Source: the human T2T-CHM13v2.0 reference genome, Homo sapiens
Direction: 5' to 3' (one strand)
DNA length: 64,000 nucleotides
NCBI RefSeq assembly: GCF_009914755.1
Contig: NC_060926.1
Positions 45,851 through 64,000 of the stretch are shown piece by piece (positions within the stretch are counted from its first letter, which is position 1; each line of letters starts with the position of its first letter). Below the pieces are notes generated by a model. The model was not told the origin of the DNA. It ran no database searches and saw only the letters and a list, made by a program, of their open reading frames with translations. A program made the position numbers and the translations under genes.

Positions 45851-47590
45851 TTTGATCCAAAGGTCGTTTGTGTCATCCCGCTTCATCTCACCCCACCCTA
45901 CTCACGCACTCGATGCTTGTACCACACTAACATTCCTTTCCTGAACAGGCCTCATACTCTGCCACCCATGTCTTTCTGGAATGTTCTCCATCTTTCTCAT
46001 CTTTTCCTCTTGAAATTCTGCCCATCCTTTAAGGTTTGGCTGTAATGAACTTTCCTCCAAGCAGCCATTCTTCTCTAATTTCCCCCAATGACAAATGTTT
46101 GTTGGATAAAGTCTAACTGAACACACAGTGACATGGAGAACCTGGATCCAAGGTTCCTTAAACCTGATGCAGAGACCTGGGCCTCCAGCAAACTTGTTCA
46201 TCTCCCCTCAGGGCTTGGGACTTGTTTTCTCGGTCCCCCCACTGGTCTACATCCTTGTCTCCTGCACTCTTTGGTCATCACTTCCCAAAAAGTTTTTCTG
46301 GGGACACTGGCTTTTTGGAATGTTAGTAGATATTTAAAACAACATAAAACACTCCAAACTTCAAAACCAACCAAAGCAGCTTTACTCCAGCTGGAAACTA
46401 AAGAGTGTAACTATTTAGTAAGTTTGGGAAATTCTGGGTTAAACAAATATTTCTATTTTAAAAACCTGGGGAGGTGGGGATGGGGGCAGAGTATGTAGCT
46501 TTTCTCCAACTTACTCATAAAGCAGGTACCAGAGCAGAGGGACGTACCACATTCTTCTCTGAAAACATATTTAGGTTTAAGGTAGGTGCGGGTTATTTTA
46601 TATACACATATAAATATCCTACTCTTTGTTCAAGGTGCCTATTTGCTCTGCACAGTGACTATTATGAACACAGAAAACTGTTCATTGTTAAATATGGCAT
46701 GCTAAGTGGTTTTGCTTTCTGGCAAATCTCCAAACCATAATTATTAAGGGACTGGAGCTGCTGAGGAATTCTTGGGTTACAAGAGGCTTTGATCCTGTTC
46801 CTGCCTTCTTTCCCTGACATGAATTTCCACGGGTGTGGCTGACTTTCATTGTTTTTCACTGCTGTGGTGCTGCTGTGAAGGTGAAGGATTAAACAGAACT
46901 TCAAGGTGACAAGGGATTGGGCCCCCCAGAACTGCTGAGAGGAGGCTCTGGCTAAACCTCTCCCGCCTTTTGGAGCCCCAAATGGCTGTAACCAAGGGAA
47001 TGCACAAGCTCCATCCAAGTATTGGAGTCGGGGAATGCTGTGGCCTCTAATATTTGGTTTCCCACACACCCCGGGAAGCTCAGATTCTTAGGCCTCACTC
47101 ATTATCGGGTTTCCAGCTGGGGTGAAGCCTCTGTCTGTACTAAACGGCTGACAGGACTTTGCTCAGCAAAAGGCAACAGGCCCCGGGTGGGTGAGGCTTT
47201 GTTATTTCATTCCCATCAAAGGTGAGAGATCTGATCCAAAATTCTTTGGGCAACTACAGCCATTTGACGTGTGTAGCCCTCAAACTCATGGAGCTGCCTC
47301 CTTTACAGGGTCAAGAAGACACCTCAGCTCGGTCACAGACCATTAGGTGAACTATTGAAAGAGCCAATCTCCTTTCTACTGAAACATTTGCTGAAATGTC
47401 AAGGGGCACATAACTATTCTTTCAGGCTCTTTTAAATTCTCCCCTGCCTGTAAGAAGAGGTAAGAAAGAACACCTGGATGTTCATGAATCCAAGATAGAA
47501 GGAATAAAAACACTCCTCCCAAAATGAAGTGGTAAGGTCCTCTTAACTTGGTGAAGAAAAGGCTTCTCTAACAAACAGAAACCCGCTTAC

Positions 47591-48242
47591 GTCTGGGTGC
47601 GGTGGCTCATGCCTGTAATCCCAGCACTTTGGGAGGCCAAGGTGGGAGTTATCACTTGAGCACAGGAGTTTGAGACCAGCCTGAGCAGCACAGCGAGACC
47701 TTGTCTCTCTTCTACTTTTTTTTTTTTTAAACCAGTTAGCATTTGGATTGGGGATAGAACCTTGCTCACTTTTTGACATTGTATTTATTTATTTTTTTGA
47801 GTCTGTCTTCCAGGCTGAATGAAGTGCAGGGGCATGATCACGGCTCACTGCAGCCTCGACCTCCTAGTGGGCTCAAGTGATCCTCCTACCTCAGCCTCCG
47901 AAGTAGCTGGAACCACAGGCACATGCTACCATTCCTGGCTAATTAAAAAAAGAAAAATAAATAAATAAATAAATAATTTTTTTTTTTTGGTAGAGACAGA
48001 GTATGTTATGTTGCCCAGGCTGGTCTCAACCTCCCAGGGTCAAGTGATCCTCCTCCCTCAGACTCTTGAGTAGCTGGGACCACAGGTGTGTACCATCAAG
48101 CCCCCCTAATTTTCTTATTTTTTGTACAGATGAAATCTCACTACGTTGCCTAGGCTGGTCATGACCTCCTGGGCTCAAGTGATCCTTCTACCTCAGCCTC
48201 CCAAAATGCTGGGATTATAGGTGCGAGCCACTACACCTGGCC
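47591..48242. mobile_element. FLAM (+) 47591-47710 and composite AluJ (-) 47785-48242
   Basis: Alu consensus; extra arm segment. Confidence 0.82.
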
Positions 48243-49474
48243 AACATTCGTTTTTATTCATATTTTAATACAAACAAAATCACCTTCATTTTATACAGAA
48301 ACTGAAGCCAAGAGAGTAGAGCCAAATAGCTCAGGATAGAGAGGACTCCCTGATTCCCAGATCAGTATTCTCTCTCCAAGATGGCAACTGTCCTTCAAAG
48401 TTTTCTTCCCAGATGGGAAAACGCCTCCCATCTGGTAGACAGGTAGAGGTCCCTCTGTTGGTGGGTGGAGAGGGGGGATGGAAAAACAAAGGCAGACAGA
48501 GAGAATGGGAGAGAAAACAGACATCAGAGTCCTTGAAGGTAGCAACTAGCAACCAGAAGCTTCTAACACAGGGGGACGTCAGAAAGTTGTCCAGACTACC
48601 TGTTTTGGGAGGGGACAGAGTGGAGTTTCCTTCAAGTGTCTGCTCCCACTGGGAGAGGCAGAGAGGGAAGGCACAAGGCCCCTGGGGCGCTTGTCTCTAA
48701 CCCCAAACCCTGCGCCTCCCTATGACAGGCTGCTTCTCACTGCATAGGAGTCAGGCAATCAATCATAAAGAGGAGAGAGGAGGCTTCTCCCGGGCCAGCG
48801 GGGCCCAATTCCAAAAGGCTGGGCTTCGGGGCAGCACAGGAGGCTTCCGAGTCTCCTTCTCTCTTGAATAGGTCAACCTAGTGATGTCTCCCTTCACTCG
48901 ACCACCTCAGTCTATCCCATTCCCCACTTCCTCCGTTGGCATCTGTTCTAGGAAGATGTGCATGAGTTCATTCCAGATATGGAAGGCCTTTCTCTCAGCT
49001 CAAGGTGAAGGTCAGTGATTCACATGGCTAAAAATGAATTTAAGGCCACCTATCAATAAAAGCAAAATGAAACACACACAAAAAGTTAAATTCCCCTGCT
49101 ATTTAAATTACAGCAAGGAACATAAAACCTTATTTAGTAATTACAACCAACACTCAAATATGTAAACTTTAATTACGTGTTACGGATCAGTGAGAGCAAA
49201 ATGAGGAAAAAAGAGGAGAGGTGAGGGTAGGGGAAAGTCACAGACTAAAAGAGAAAGTCCAGAGGCAGGCAGCTCAGAAGCAGAGAAGCCAGTGGGAGGA
49301 AGGGGAGGTACAGAAAAGCAGGAGTTGGGGATTCAGCAGGCTCTGGGGCTGAGGTGACGTGTCATGCCCTGGACAGTGCTTATTAGGTTTATTACTGACA
49401 CCTCCTACTGCTCTTGATCCTCACACTTTCAGGTGCCTCCCTTAGAAAGGGAGAGCCCCAGCGGCCCACGGAGC

Positions 49475-49993
<519 letters not shown>

Positions 49994-50959
49994 ACACAAG
50001 AGACCAAATCATTCTTTGGACGACCTCAATGACCAGGCCAATATTTACACTGAGGGCCAGGGGGAAATCAAGTTGAAGGTCACTTTTAGAAATGAAGAAT
50101 GAAGCAGCACAGAGACTTTGCTAAGCAGGATAGAACTTGGCAACTGGAGGATATCGACCCTCAAGTTTTCTCATCCATTGGCTGTTTATTTCCAGCTGTT
50201 CTCCTCCAGTACAGCTGAGGCTGTTTTGGCCCCCTCCCCCTGCCAAAAAGGTTAGAAGGACTAAAAACAGTAACTCTACACAGGGCTCACATTGGGACTA
50301 TGGGTAACTTGGCCTGTGTGAGGCCTCCTGAAGATTCTGGAGGTTCTGTGGTGGAAAGTGAACCTTCTGGAGCACTAAGGAACCAGGCCAAAATGAAACA
50401 CAGTCTGTAAGTTCTATGGTGTTAAAAAAAATCTTAATGTCAACTGCTGTCAGTTTCAGAGTGACATGATGGAGCCCATTTCACCAAGTCAAGGGGAGGG
50501 GGTCAGTGAAGCTGCCATCAACTAAAAGCTCCAGGTTCACCCAGCACTTGCTGAAGAGGACCCAAAGTGATACTGATAGGGGTCACTACTACTGCCCTTG
50601 CTAGGGGGCCAGAAAAGGCTGTCTTGGGGCTGAAACTCAAGACTACTCAAGACTACTAAATTCAGAGCTACTGCTCCTGAGTCTTGATCCATGAATGCTG
50701 GCCAGGGAAACCTGGCAAGGTCAGGAATCACAACCATTGGCTACAACTGAGATAGTACATGATTGTCCGCTCCCTGCCAGTCCATCCTACTCTGACTGCA
50801 CGTCCTGCCAGTTCACGCATTTATGCTCCTTGCCAGGCCCCTGTAGGCAGCAGAGGCCCTATAGGCAGTAATTCATAATATGGAGCTTTCTAGACTTAAA
50901 AAGATTACAGAGTTATAGAGAATAATAACAACTTATTATAGCTGACAGTGGAATCACTC

Positions 50960-53406
<2,447 letters not shown>

Positions 53407-53499
53407 TGTGCATTTCTTTATTTTCAACCATTCCTTGTAAATTTAGGCTTATCTCTTTATCAAAGTGACATAGAGCTGGATGTGTTTCCTTCTTCCTTA

Positions 53500-53935
53500 G
53501 CAAGCGAACTCTAGGTAATGTGCTTAGCCCAAAACATTATGTTTCTTTGCACATCTTGCAGCAAAATATGGACATGTTATTAGGTTGTAGCCAATGAGAG
53601 GTAAAGAGAAGTGTTTTATGGGACTTTGGGGGCACTCCTTGAAAGGAGAGGATGCACACTCTTTATTGTTCTTTCTTCCCTTTCTTTTCATCTGTTATGA
53701 GGATGAGCTAGCTAATGCTTCTGGCAACCATCATGGATGAAGAGGTGACCTTGAGGATGGAAGCCACATGCCAGGAGAGTGAAGCAGAAAGACAGAAGAA
53801 GCATGGGGCCTGGGGCCTGGGGCCTGCCAATCAGTCTGGACTCACTCATATGGAATGGACTGCAGTCACTTGAGAGAGAAAAAAACTTCCACTGTGTTTA
53901 AACCTCTGTTTGGCTTTTCTGTCACATGTAGACAT
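53500..53935. mobile_element. MaLR (MLT1-like) LTR remnant
   Basis: gaccttgaggatggaagccacatg...gcagaaagacagaag. Confidence 0.6.
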
Positions 53936-54109
53936 CAGGATTACCAAAAGACACATCAGATTTTGCCTTTCTTTAAAAAGAAAACTCAATCTAAGTTCGT
54001 GTTTTTTTCCTTTAGTGATTTGAGAGTGTTAATTTCTATTTCAGTTATATTAGTAGTTACTATAAAATGTCTAACAAACGTATTTGTACATTTATTTTTG
54101 AAGAACATT

Positions 54110-54282
54110 AGGACCTTGCTACTCCAAGTATGATCCCCTGATCAGCTGTGTCAGCATCACTGGGGAGTTTTTACGAAATGTAGAATCTCATGCCTTACCT
54201 AGGCCCACAGAAACAGAATCTCATTTTGACAAGATCCTCAGGTGATCTGTGTACATATTGCAGTGTGAAAACCACTGCTCTT
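54110..54282. mobile_element. MER5-like hAT element
   Basis: cagcatcactgggga...aaatgtagaatctc...acaagatcctcaggtgat. Confidence 0.8.
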
Positions 54283-55099
54283 GAGACTGGCGTCCCCTCC
54301 CCACTTCTGTGTAATGTGCAATCATCTCCCACTTTCCTCCTTACGCCTGTGATGGCTTCCATAGAGAGCCAAGTCAGCAGCAGGGCATCCTTGGCCTTTG
54401 AAAATCTGGTCCCTATCTACCTTTAGTGTTTGTCCTTCTCCCACCCTACCCCAACTCGACACTCCTCGTGCTGGACTAAATGTGTCACGTAGTTCCCTAA
54501 ATGTGTCACGGCACTTCCTGGGTATACACTAATCCCTCCCCAGTAGCCCATCCAACAGCTATCCCACTTCCTCCTTGCTAATTAATAGAAGGCCAATTTT
54601 GTTCTGGGAGGTGATGGTTCCAGTTCCAAGTGATATGCCCAGAGCCGTCTCATTCTCCATTGCATGATACTTTCTCCTTCAGCCTACCCTCATATCTGGG
54701 ATGGCCATGTACCTGACCTGGCCAAGGATGCATACAGAAATATATGCTGGGTGGGTGGGTGATTGGGGGGGCATTTTAAATACCTGGATAAAAAGAACCC
54801 CGTGAGAAGAAAAATGTATGTTCTTATCCCTTCTTTCCTACCTAAAATGTTGGGATGTATCCGAGGTATACAAGCTATCTTGTAACCATGAGGACAAGCA
54901 CGGGGTCAAAGAGCCAACATGCTAAGGATGAGAAGCAGAAACACCAAGCCAGGTCCTCAAGTGACAGTCTGTTTCTCTCTCCCCACATTCCTTTCTCTTC
55001 TATTTGCTCCAAATTCACCCTCCTTTCATCTCTCCTTTAGCTGATGCAACATGGAACTGAGGTATGTTCTAGCCTGTTAGCTATATTACACTATAATAC

Positions 55100-55270
55100 T
55101 TATTTATTTTTAAGTTCCAGGGTACATGTGCAGGAAGTGCAGGTTTGTTACAAAGGTAAATGTGTGCCATGGTGGTTTGCTGCACCTATTAACCCATCAC
55201 CTAGATATTAAGCCCAGCATGCATTAGCTATTTTCCTCATGCTCTCCCTCCTCTCACCCCACCCCTCAAC
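55100..55270 (-). mobile_element. L1PA 3' end fragment
   Basis: agggtacatgtgcagg...gtgccatggtggtttgctgcacc. Confidence 0.85.
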
Positions 55271-55639
55271 AATACAGCTAAGCCTTTCATTATAAATATC
55301 ACCCTGTCTCCCCAAATTTCCCCACCCACCAAATCCATCACTCTAAAATAAGAACAGTGGGTTTTTAGTTCCCTGAGACTGAAATTATTTTCCTCCATGG
55401 GCTGAGACAGCTAGCCTCCATCTAGGCAAACCTACCCTTACTCTCACCTTCTTCCCTGGTTCTAGCTGGCTATGTCACGGGGCACCTTGCCTATTGGGGA
55501 CTGATTTTTTTTTTTAAAGCCCATGGTTTCAGGGGAGTGGATGTTGTGAAATAGAGTGAAAAGAAACTGAAGTCTGAATGTAGTGAACTTTTCCCTGCCC
55601 CTACATGTGAATAATGACTTGCTGATAGAAGTAGCTTTC

Positions 55640-56051
<412 letters not shown>

Positions 56052-57292
56052 TAGATCTACTCTGGATTGGGAGAAAAGAAGGGAAGGGAGGAGCCTGGGG
56101 GAAAAAAGAGGGCAAGAGGATAGAGGGCAGGGTTAGAACTAGCTGGAGAAGAACACAGGAAGGTCAGCGCTTTGGAAGATTTCTTGCACCCATCTCTGAG
56201 TTCTACAGTACCGTGAACATGACAACCATTTCCAGCAAATGGTGGTGACAGAAACAAATGAACCCACTTTGCTGGCACTGTTTTTCCCTAAGTACCGTGC
56301 TGCACACACTTTCAGCATGGATGGAAGGGCGATGGGGACCAGCACTGCATATTGGAGATGAATGAACATTTTATCTGAAACTGGGAATTCTGCTTCTGCA
56401 GGTTCTGATCCCTGAGTGTGTGCTTGGGAAGCCACCAGAACAAGATTCCTGCTAGTTTCTCAGAGTCGAATTTAAAATATTTGGCCAGAAGCTTGCCTGT
56501 GGTTGGACCAGTCTCTTACAGCAACTCCTGCCCATTCCATCTATCCCCAAAGGCCAGCGGTGGGGGCGGGGGCACTGAAAGGCTGCTGGGAGCAGCCCCA
56601 GACCCAGTGCATCTGGACAACCTCCTGGGCCTCGTGGGTGCCGAGCCAACATTTTTGAGTGTATATTTTAAAACCACAGCTTCAAAGTATAAAAATAGTG
56701 TGAAAAATAAAAACAGGACTCACAATCAGAGCCTCAATCACTCTGCTGATTAGAGAGGTTAGAGAAATAATAAAATTAGAGTAACCAAACTGAAAGCTTT
56801 AAGAGCGTTCCCTTGCTTAGCGAGGAGAATCCTGGGGCCAGACTTGTGCCGGGCCCTTTCCTAAGTTCTTAAGGCAGCTGGGCTTCCACTTAAAACGTCT
56901 GTTATCACTCCTGTATCCCCCACGGAGTTATTTATGAAGAAGGTTCCCAGCCAGTCTGCCTGCCAAGCAAGGCATCTCTAACAAGGGCCGGGCAGGCAGG
57001 AGGAGCTGAATGAGAAGCCCACAGAGGCTATGCTGTACAACCCCACTTCTTCAAACACGCCCAGGCTGTAACTCAAAACTTGAAAACAACCCGAATCCTT
57101 TTCCAAACACAAACCGAATCTCTTCTGTCAGTTTCCATATATTTTCCTAACTCCATTCCCCACCCTGACCCACTCCACAGCAGAAACCAATTTTCTTAAC
57201 AGAGTGGGTTCTTGGGAGTTTTCTTCCTAAGCGTTCTCATTTGGAACAGATTAAGGGGGCGAGGATGATAATCCGATTTTTTTTTACTTTTG

Positions 57293-57294
<2 letters not shown>

Positions 57295-57348
<54 letters not shown>
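57295..57348 (+). repeat. (CA)~27 microsatellite
   Basis: Direct reading. Confidence 0.97.
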
Positions 57349-57352
<4 letters not shown>

Positions 57353-57666
57353 TCTTGAGGGTCTGAAGCAGAACCACCACAACCACCACTATGTTCTATG
57401 AGTGGCTTTTAAAAGAGGGGAATTTCATTTTCTGGTGTGATGGGACTGGGTTGCCTGGGGAGCCCTTACCAACCTGTCCCAGTGTAACCTGACCCTACAG
57501 GCTCATCGCTGGGGCCAGTGAGCTTGCCGGGAGGCTGAGCAGGGGACTGACTGAAGGGAAGCTGCCCATCTCAAACCCCATGTCCACTTTCAACTCCAAA
57601 ACCAGGCTGTGCTACAGAAACAATAGGTCTGCCTGTCATGAGCCACTCTAGAATGTAACATGCTCC

Positions 57667-58010
<344 letters not shown>

Positions 58011-61000
58011 TCAGCCCTTAAAAAGCTTAGTGTGGGTGAAAGGAGGAGTCTCCTAAAGAATGAGCAATGTAAGAGCTAAACAGTGTGGGTCTGACTCAAG
58101 GAGAGACACAAAGACTGGAAAGGCTTTGTGGGAAAGGAGGGCATGGGGCTGGGTAGAATCGCGACACTTAACCAGGTTGACTGGCACAAGGAGGACATGC
58201 CACGCATAAGCACAGTGGTGGAACAGGCAGGGTGCCAAACTTGAGCCTCCCCTCTCCACTTCCCCATTCCTGCTCCCTTCTAAGTGTGGCTCCCTCCCTC
58301 CCGCCATTGCTCCTTTTTTTTGGTCTCTACTAAGTGTTTTCTTCCTTCCCAGTCCCCTTCAATTAAAAAGCTATCTTTCTAGTAAATTCTTGCTCTGGGT
58401 AATGCAACTGCAAAGCTTGTGGGCTTGCTTCCTAATGAAGTGTCTGCATTTTGGGTGATGTGTGTGGTCCTAAGAGATGATACAGGGATCAGCAAACAAA
58501 CTTACCAAGTTAGTGAGAATGTTTAGAACAAAATTCTTATTATTAATGGTTACTTCCTTTTCTTATAAAATTAGCCATGTAAGTTGCTAACAGAAAAAAT
58601 GATTTGGATACATGTAAAGGAAGGTCTGTTGATTTTAGGTGGCCTACCACCTGAGAGGGTGGACTCCCAACAGTTTAGAAGCAGATGCTCTATCTAATTC
58701 ATCCCTGTGTCCCCAGATGTTAGTGCCCATGCAGCTGGCACTTGCCAGAACCTCAGTGATTAGGACCTGGTAAAAATAAGAAGATGGCAGATTGCGAGAA
58801 GTGAAGTTCCTATCTCCCAAAACCCAGTCTTTCCCCCTTACACAGAAATGGGCTTTTTAGCTAAGCGTGTGTCCATTTAGCTCAACACACGATTTCTGAG
58901 CCTCTTTGGCTGAGATCTGTGGCAGATGACGAGGGCCTGGCTGATAAGATCCATGGAAGTGGTGCATGTGACTTCCAGGCTGGCCCTTCCCTCCTGCCTT
59001 CCGGCTCACCAGATTGTGGACATGGCAGTGGGAGCTGGCACTGCCATCTGGGGCCATGTGAGGGATGGTGTGTCTTGAAAATGTCAGAGCACCAAGAAAG
59101 AAGGTGTGCGCCCCTAATCATACGGACCATCACACTAGTCTACTGAGTGCTCTGTGTGAGGAAAAAATAAGCTACTGACTTGTTTAAGCCACTATTAACT
59201 TCTCTTACAGATGCCAAATCTATACCCCGACTAAAACACCAGCTGTTTCATGCTTGAAACCCCAGAAAATACTTCAGAAAGTCCATTTCAAGATACACCC
59301 CAAGCTGACAGCCCTGGTTGTACTCCAGTAACTTCAGTACTTCAGCTGGAGGTGAGGAAGCAGGAGAGGGGGAAAGGAACAAGGGAAGAGGAGGCAGAGA
59401 GGGAGAAGACAAGTTGCCGTCAAGGCCAATTCTTTGTTTTTGATTCCCACCTGCTGTTCTCTGCCTCTGCTCCTGTAGATCAGCCTCACAAGAAATTCAC
59501 TTCTGACAAACCCAATTACTGAAATACAGCAACGATTTCCTGGCCATTTTGACATTCAGGGAGGGATTTCTTACTTTTAGCTCATCATGATGCATCAGTG
59601 AACAGGTCAGAGCACATCTCTTGAATCCCATTCTCCTCCTAACGCTCATACAGACATTCACATCCAAACTGGGGCTGTGTACTCTTTACAAACAGACACT
59701 CTGAAAGGTGCACAGATTCCCAACATGCCATTCTATCTCAATGTACACACCCTGCCCCACGTGTGCAGAGAAAAACCCTCCCTGTACTGGCCCGCCACCA
59801 CCAGAGCCACTCTCCATTCTGCTCTTCTGCCCATGAGAGGTCTTGCCATGGGGACTGCTGTAGTCAAAATAGAGCAGCAAAAACAAGGAAGCCCAGGCTT
59901 TCACAATCCACCAAGCATCTTCTGGGAGATTTGAGAACAGAATTGGAGTTTGGTGGGTAGGATGAGGGCTTCCCAGGTCTCTGATGTCACCCTTTACGCC
60001 TCCTTGGATAACAGCAGGATGGTGAGGGAGGGGTCGCCACCGTGGCCAGTGAAGAGGCCTCTCCTGGGCCCCACCCCTGCCCTGCAGAACTTCTCGGGCA
60101 GCACTGTCATGACAGCCTGGGTCTGACCTTCATCTGGCTGTTGGGATGGAAGAAGTCTGTGGCTGAGTGAACTCAGGAGGGCAAAGGGCAGGTGCCAGTG
60201 CTGGCTGGGGTGCTCAGGAGGGATGCTCCCAATAGAGTCAGGCCTGAAGCTGGGGCTGGAGGAGTCATCCTCACTGAACCAGGGACGAACGAGAAAGGTG
60301 GGGGGGCCCATCTTGCCACCCCTGACAGAGTAGTGACCCTAACACCTGAAACTGGCTTAGGTTCAAAAAGGAAGCCTGCTCACCACAGTGAAGAGAAATC
60401 CTGCATTGTGATATGGCCTTGCTGAGGAAAGCGAAAGTTCCTGAGGAAAAGGAAAGCACAGAAGAGGAGAGCCGAGGCCACGAGCTGGAGAAGGAAGATC
60501 ACCAGGCACCAGGCTTGCCCTGACTAACAGGGAAGACAACACCCTGCAGCCGCGTCAGCACCAGATGGCCTAAGCCTCAGACTGAGGGCTTATCATCACC
60601 CACAGGGGTCAGTCGCCTTGGCCAGAGAGCTCGGCTTTCAGAAGCAGCAAGAGTCAGGGCAAAATGATGCAAAAATGACCCTCATTTCCTCGAAAGGAGC
60701 CTGTTGTTGTCTCTCTGGGGATTAGTCACTGGGAGGCCATGGTAACAATCCCATCACCCCAGCAACCAGGCCCAGCCAGGGTACTCACTGGCACTCATAA
60801 CTGGCCAGCAGATCGAAGACGGGAGCATTAGTTTGCACCTGCTTTTGCACATCATGGGAGCCGCTGCCAGTGACGCACTCGCTGAGATGCAGGTGAACGT
60901 CAGGGGGCCCAGGCTCTCTGGAACAGCAACTGATGGCACACGCAACTTGGAATGCGGCAACCGGAGCTCCACCGTGCCCACCCACTGCAGCTGGCAGGAA

Positions 61001-61964
61001 TGGGGGCCTACCTTGATCAAATCTCTTTATTTTGAAGGAATAAATAAGAAAACAGATAACTGGCTCCCACATAACTATCTTCCTTCAAAAGCATTTCCCC
61101 TCACCCTCCACTGGTTCACAGTGGGTTAGGACCACAATTCCTAGCCTCTTCTGTTTCCTCCCCTGCAGCCCCACTGACAATACTGAAGAACACACAGCCA
61201 GCTACGGAGAGAGGCCCAGAGAGACCAAGGCAGTGGAATCCCGGGCTGACTCAGGGTGTGGTTTGATTGCTGACTGCTGAGAGATGGCTGGTTTCACAGA
61301 ACACTTAGTTCTTCCCACCCCAGTGTTGCTGGAGTTCCTCCAAGCCCTCTTCTCAAGGCAGTGTTCCATCTTCTCTGCCCTTACCCCACACCACCCCATC
61401 TCACCCCTGCCAGCTCCTCTCTACCCGAGTCTGGATTATTCTCAGGGGGCATCCCTACATTTCTGTCATTTCCTCTGTATAAATCAAGGCTTGGGGGACA
61501 GTAGAGAGGTACTGTCCTGGGCCTCAGGAGTGGGTGTTGTAGACCTCGTTTTTCTACTCATTATGTGACACTGGGGAAATCATTTACCTTTCTTGGGCTT
61601 CAGTTTCCACATCTGTAAGTCAGAGGCTCTAAAACCCTCGAGTCCTGGGATTCCCTCCCTTTAGGAGGGGCACTGGAGAACAGGAACAGCAGCAGCCTTG
61701 ACAGAGGACCACCTGCCGCCTCTTGCTGCATCTGCCCTCTATTCCCTTTCCCCAGGGCACACTCTGGTATCTCAGCTCTGGTCCCCAACCCATTTTCTTA
61801 CACTCTGACTCCAGTGTCTTCTTTCAAACACAACAGTGAGTTTAGAAGACCTTCAATGCACCCCTTTCTCTTAACTCCTGGGTTCTAAACTAGATGCCAG
61901 GTTTGGACTCCTTTCCCTGTCTCAGAGAGGATCTGAGAGTGCAAGGCCTCTGTCACCACAGGGG

Positions 61965-62300
61965 CCGGAGCTCCAACTCTGGCTCTGACACTTATCTGCC
62001 TTGGGACGTTGGGCCCATTCCTTCAACTCTCTGAACTTCTGCATATTCACATTTAAAATGGAGGAAGTATAGTAGGTCCCTATAATCCCAGCTACTCAGG
62101 AGGCTGAGGTGGGAGGATCCCTTGAGCCCAGGAGTTCAAGACTGCAGTGAGCTACAAGTGTGCCTGTGAACAGCCACCAGTACTCCAGCCAGAGTGATGC
62201 CATGAGACCCCACCTTTAAAAACATAAAAATATAAATAAAATGGAGGAAATAATAAAGTATCTCACAGTGTTGTGAGGATCAAAGGGGATAAAATGAAAC
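61965..62300. mobile_element. MIR interrupted by an Alu right monomer (62075-62225)
   Basis: MIR core resumes after duplicated taaaatggaggaa. Confidence 0.7.
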
Positions 62301-62849
62301 AGGAGCATCAAGAGGGAGGTGATGAGGTTCTCCTTCCCCTGTCCCCCCACTGGCCTGCTCAGAGTGGGAAAGAGCAGACGGGGCTCTGGGAGGAAGGGGC
62401 CACCTCCCCTAGGCCTTCCAGATCGATTCATGTAGCCTTGGCTCTGGTCTCTCACCTGGGACCTGATAAGCAACTGACAAGTATCCACCTGCTGGGCACT
62501 TCCCAGGGCCGGCCCTGTGCTAGGCATGTGGGTCCCTATGGATGAAACTCTTGCTCAAGAAATTCCATCCTGCATGATCCAGTATGGAGTGACAAGGGAG
62601 ACACAGAGTTAGTCCAGGATTTTCTACAGTGGCCAGTCTTAGTAGATGCTTCATCAGTTCCTCATCAGCTGTTTGAATTAATGTCTCTAGGAAGAAGTCA
62701 GGACTAAGGCAGGCGATTTAATCTGCCATAATAAGAAAATGCTGTGACCTCAGGGCAATTTCATAACATAAAATCCAAACAGCTCCCCCACCAGGTAGAT
62801 CTGAAAAACACTAAGCTTCTTACTGGGTTTAACTACTTTGATAGATACA

Positions 62850-63810
<961 letters not shown>

Positions 63811-64000
63811 CGGACAGGCACTTTCTAAGTATTTGTTGAATGAATGAACAAGTGAATGATTGAATACCCTTGATCTGACCACTTCTCATCTCATACTTAA
63901 ATAGTAAGAAAAATCTATAGACTATCTTAAGTAGGAGTAAGAGAAGGGGTCAGAAAACAATTTAGAGTTTTGGTTTTGTGCTTTTTTTTTTTTTTTTTTT

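Overview
Human (primate) genomic DNA that I recognise as the 2p21 ZFP36L2/THADA locus; it is not microbial. The window holds the complete two-exon ZFP36L2 gene on the minus strand (494 aa; tandem CCCH zinc fingers; C-terminal CNOT1-binding motif) inside a ~3.8 kb CpG island. It also holds a probable divergent lncRNA (LINC01126) and the last two coding exons of THADA (minus strand). Everything from 24249 to the end is one repeat-rich THADA intron (Alu, L1, L2, MIR, MER, MaLR). Nearly all other ORFs in the track are Alu, low-complexity or GC artefacts. I found no CRISPR array, rRNA or tRNA. The most interesting leads are all inferences. (1) THADA ends on a weak CATAAA signal ~4.2 kb upstream of ZFP36L2, and its penultimate-exon donor is in phase with the ZFP36L2 exon 2 acceptor, so read-through would give an in-frame THADA-ZFP36L2 fusion. 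(2) Intron retention and a +4 alternative acceptor both end at one UGA 5 nt before internal Met30, a possible switch to the N-truncated ZFP36L2. (3) A long open alternative frame lies behind a G6 frameshift-prone tract. (4) There are near-consensus GRE, ERE, NF-kB, p53 and CTCF sites. (5) There are two transposon-derived hairpins and an Alu-interrupted 48-bp minisatellite. Repeat boundaries and subfamilies were read by eye and are approximate.
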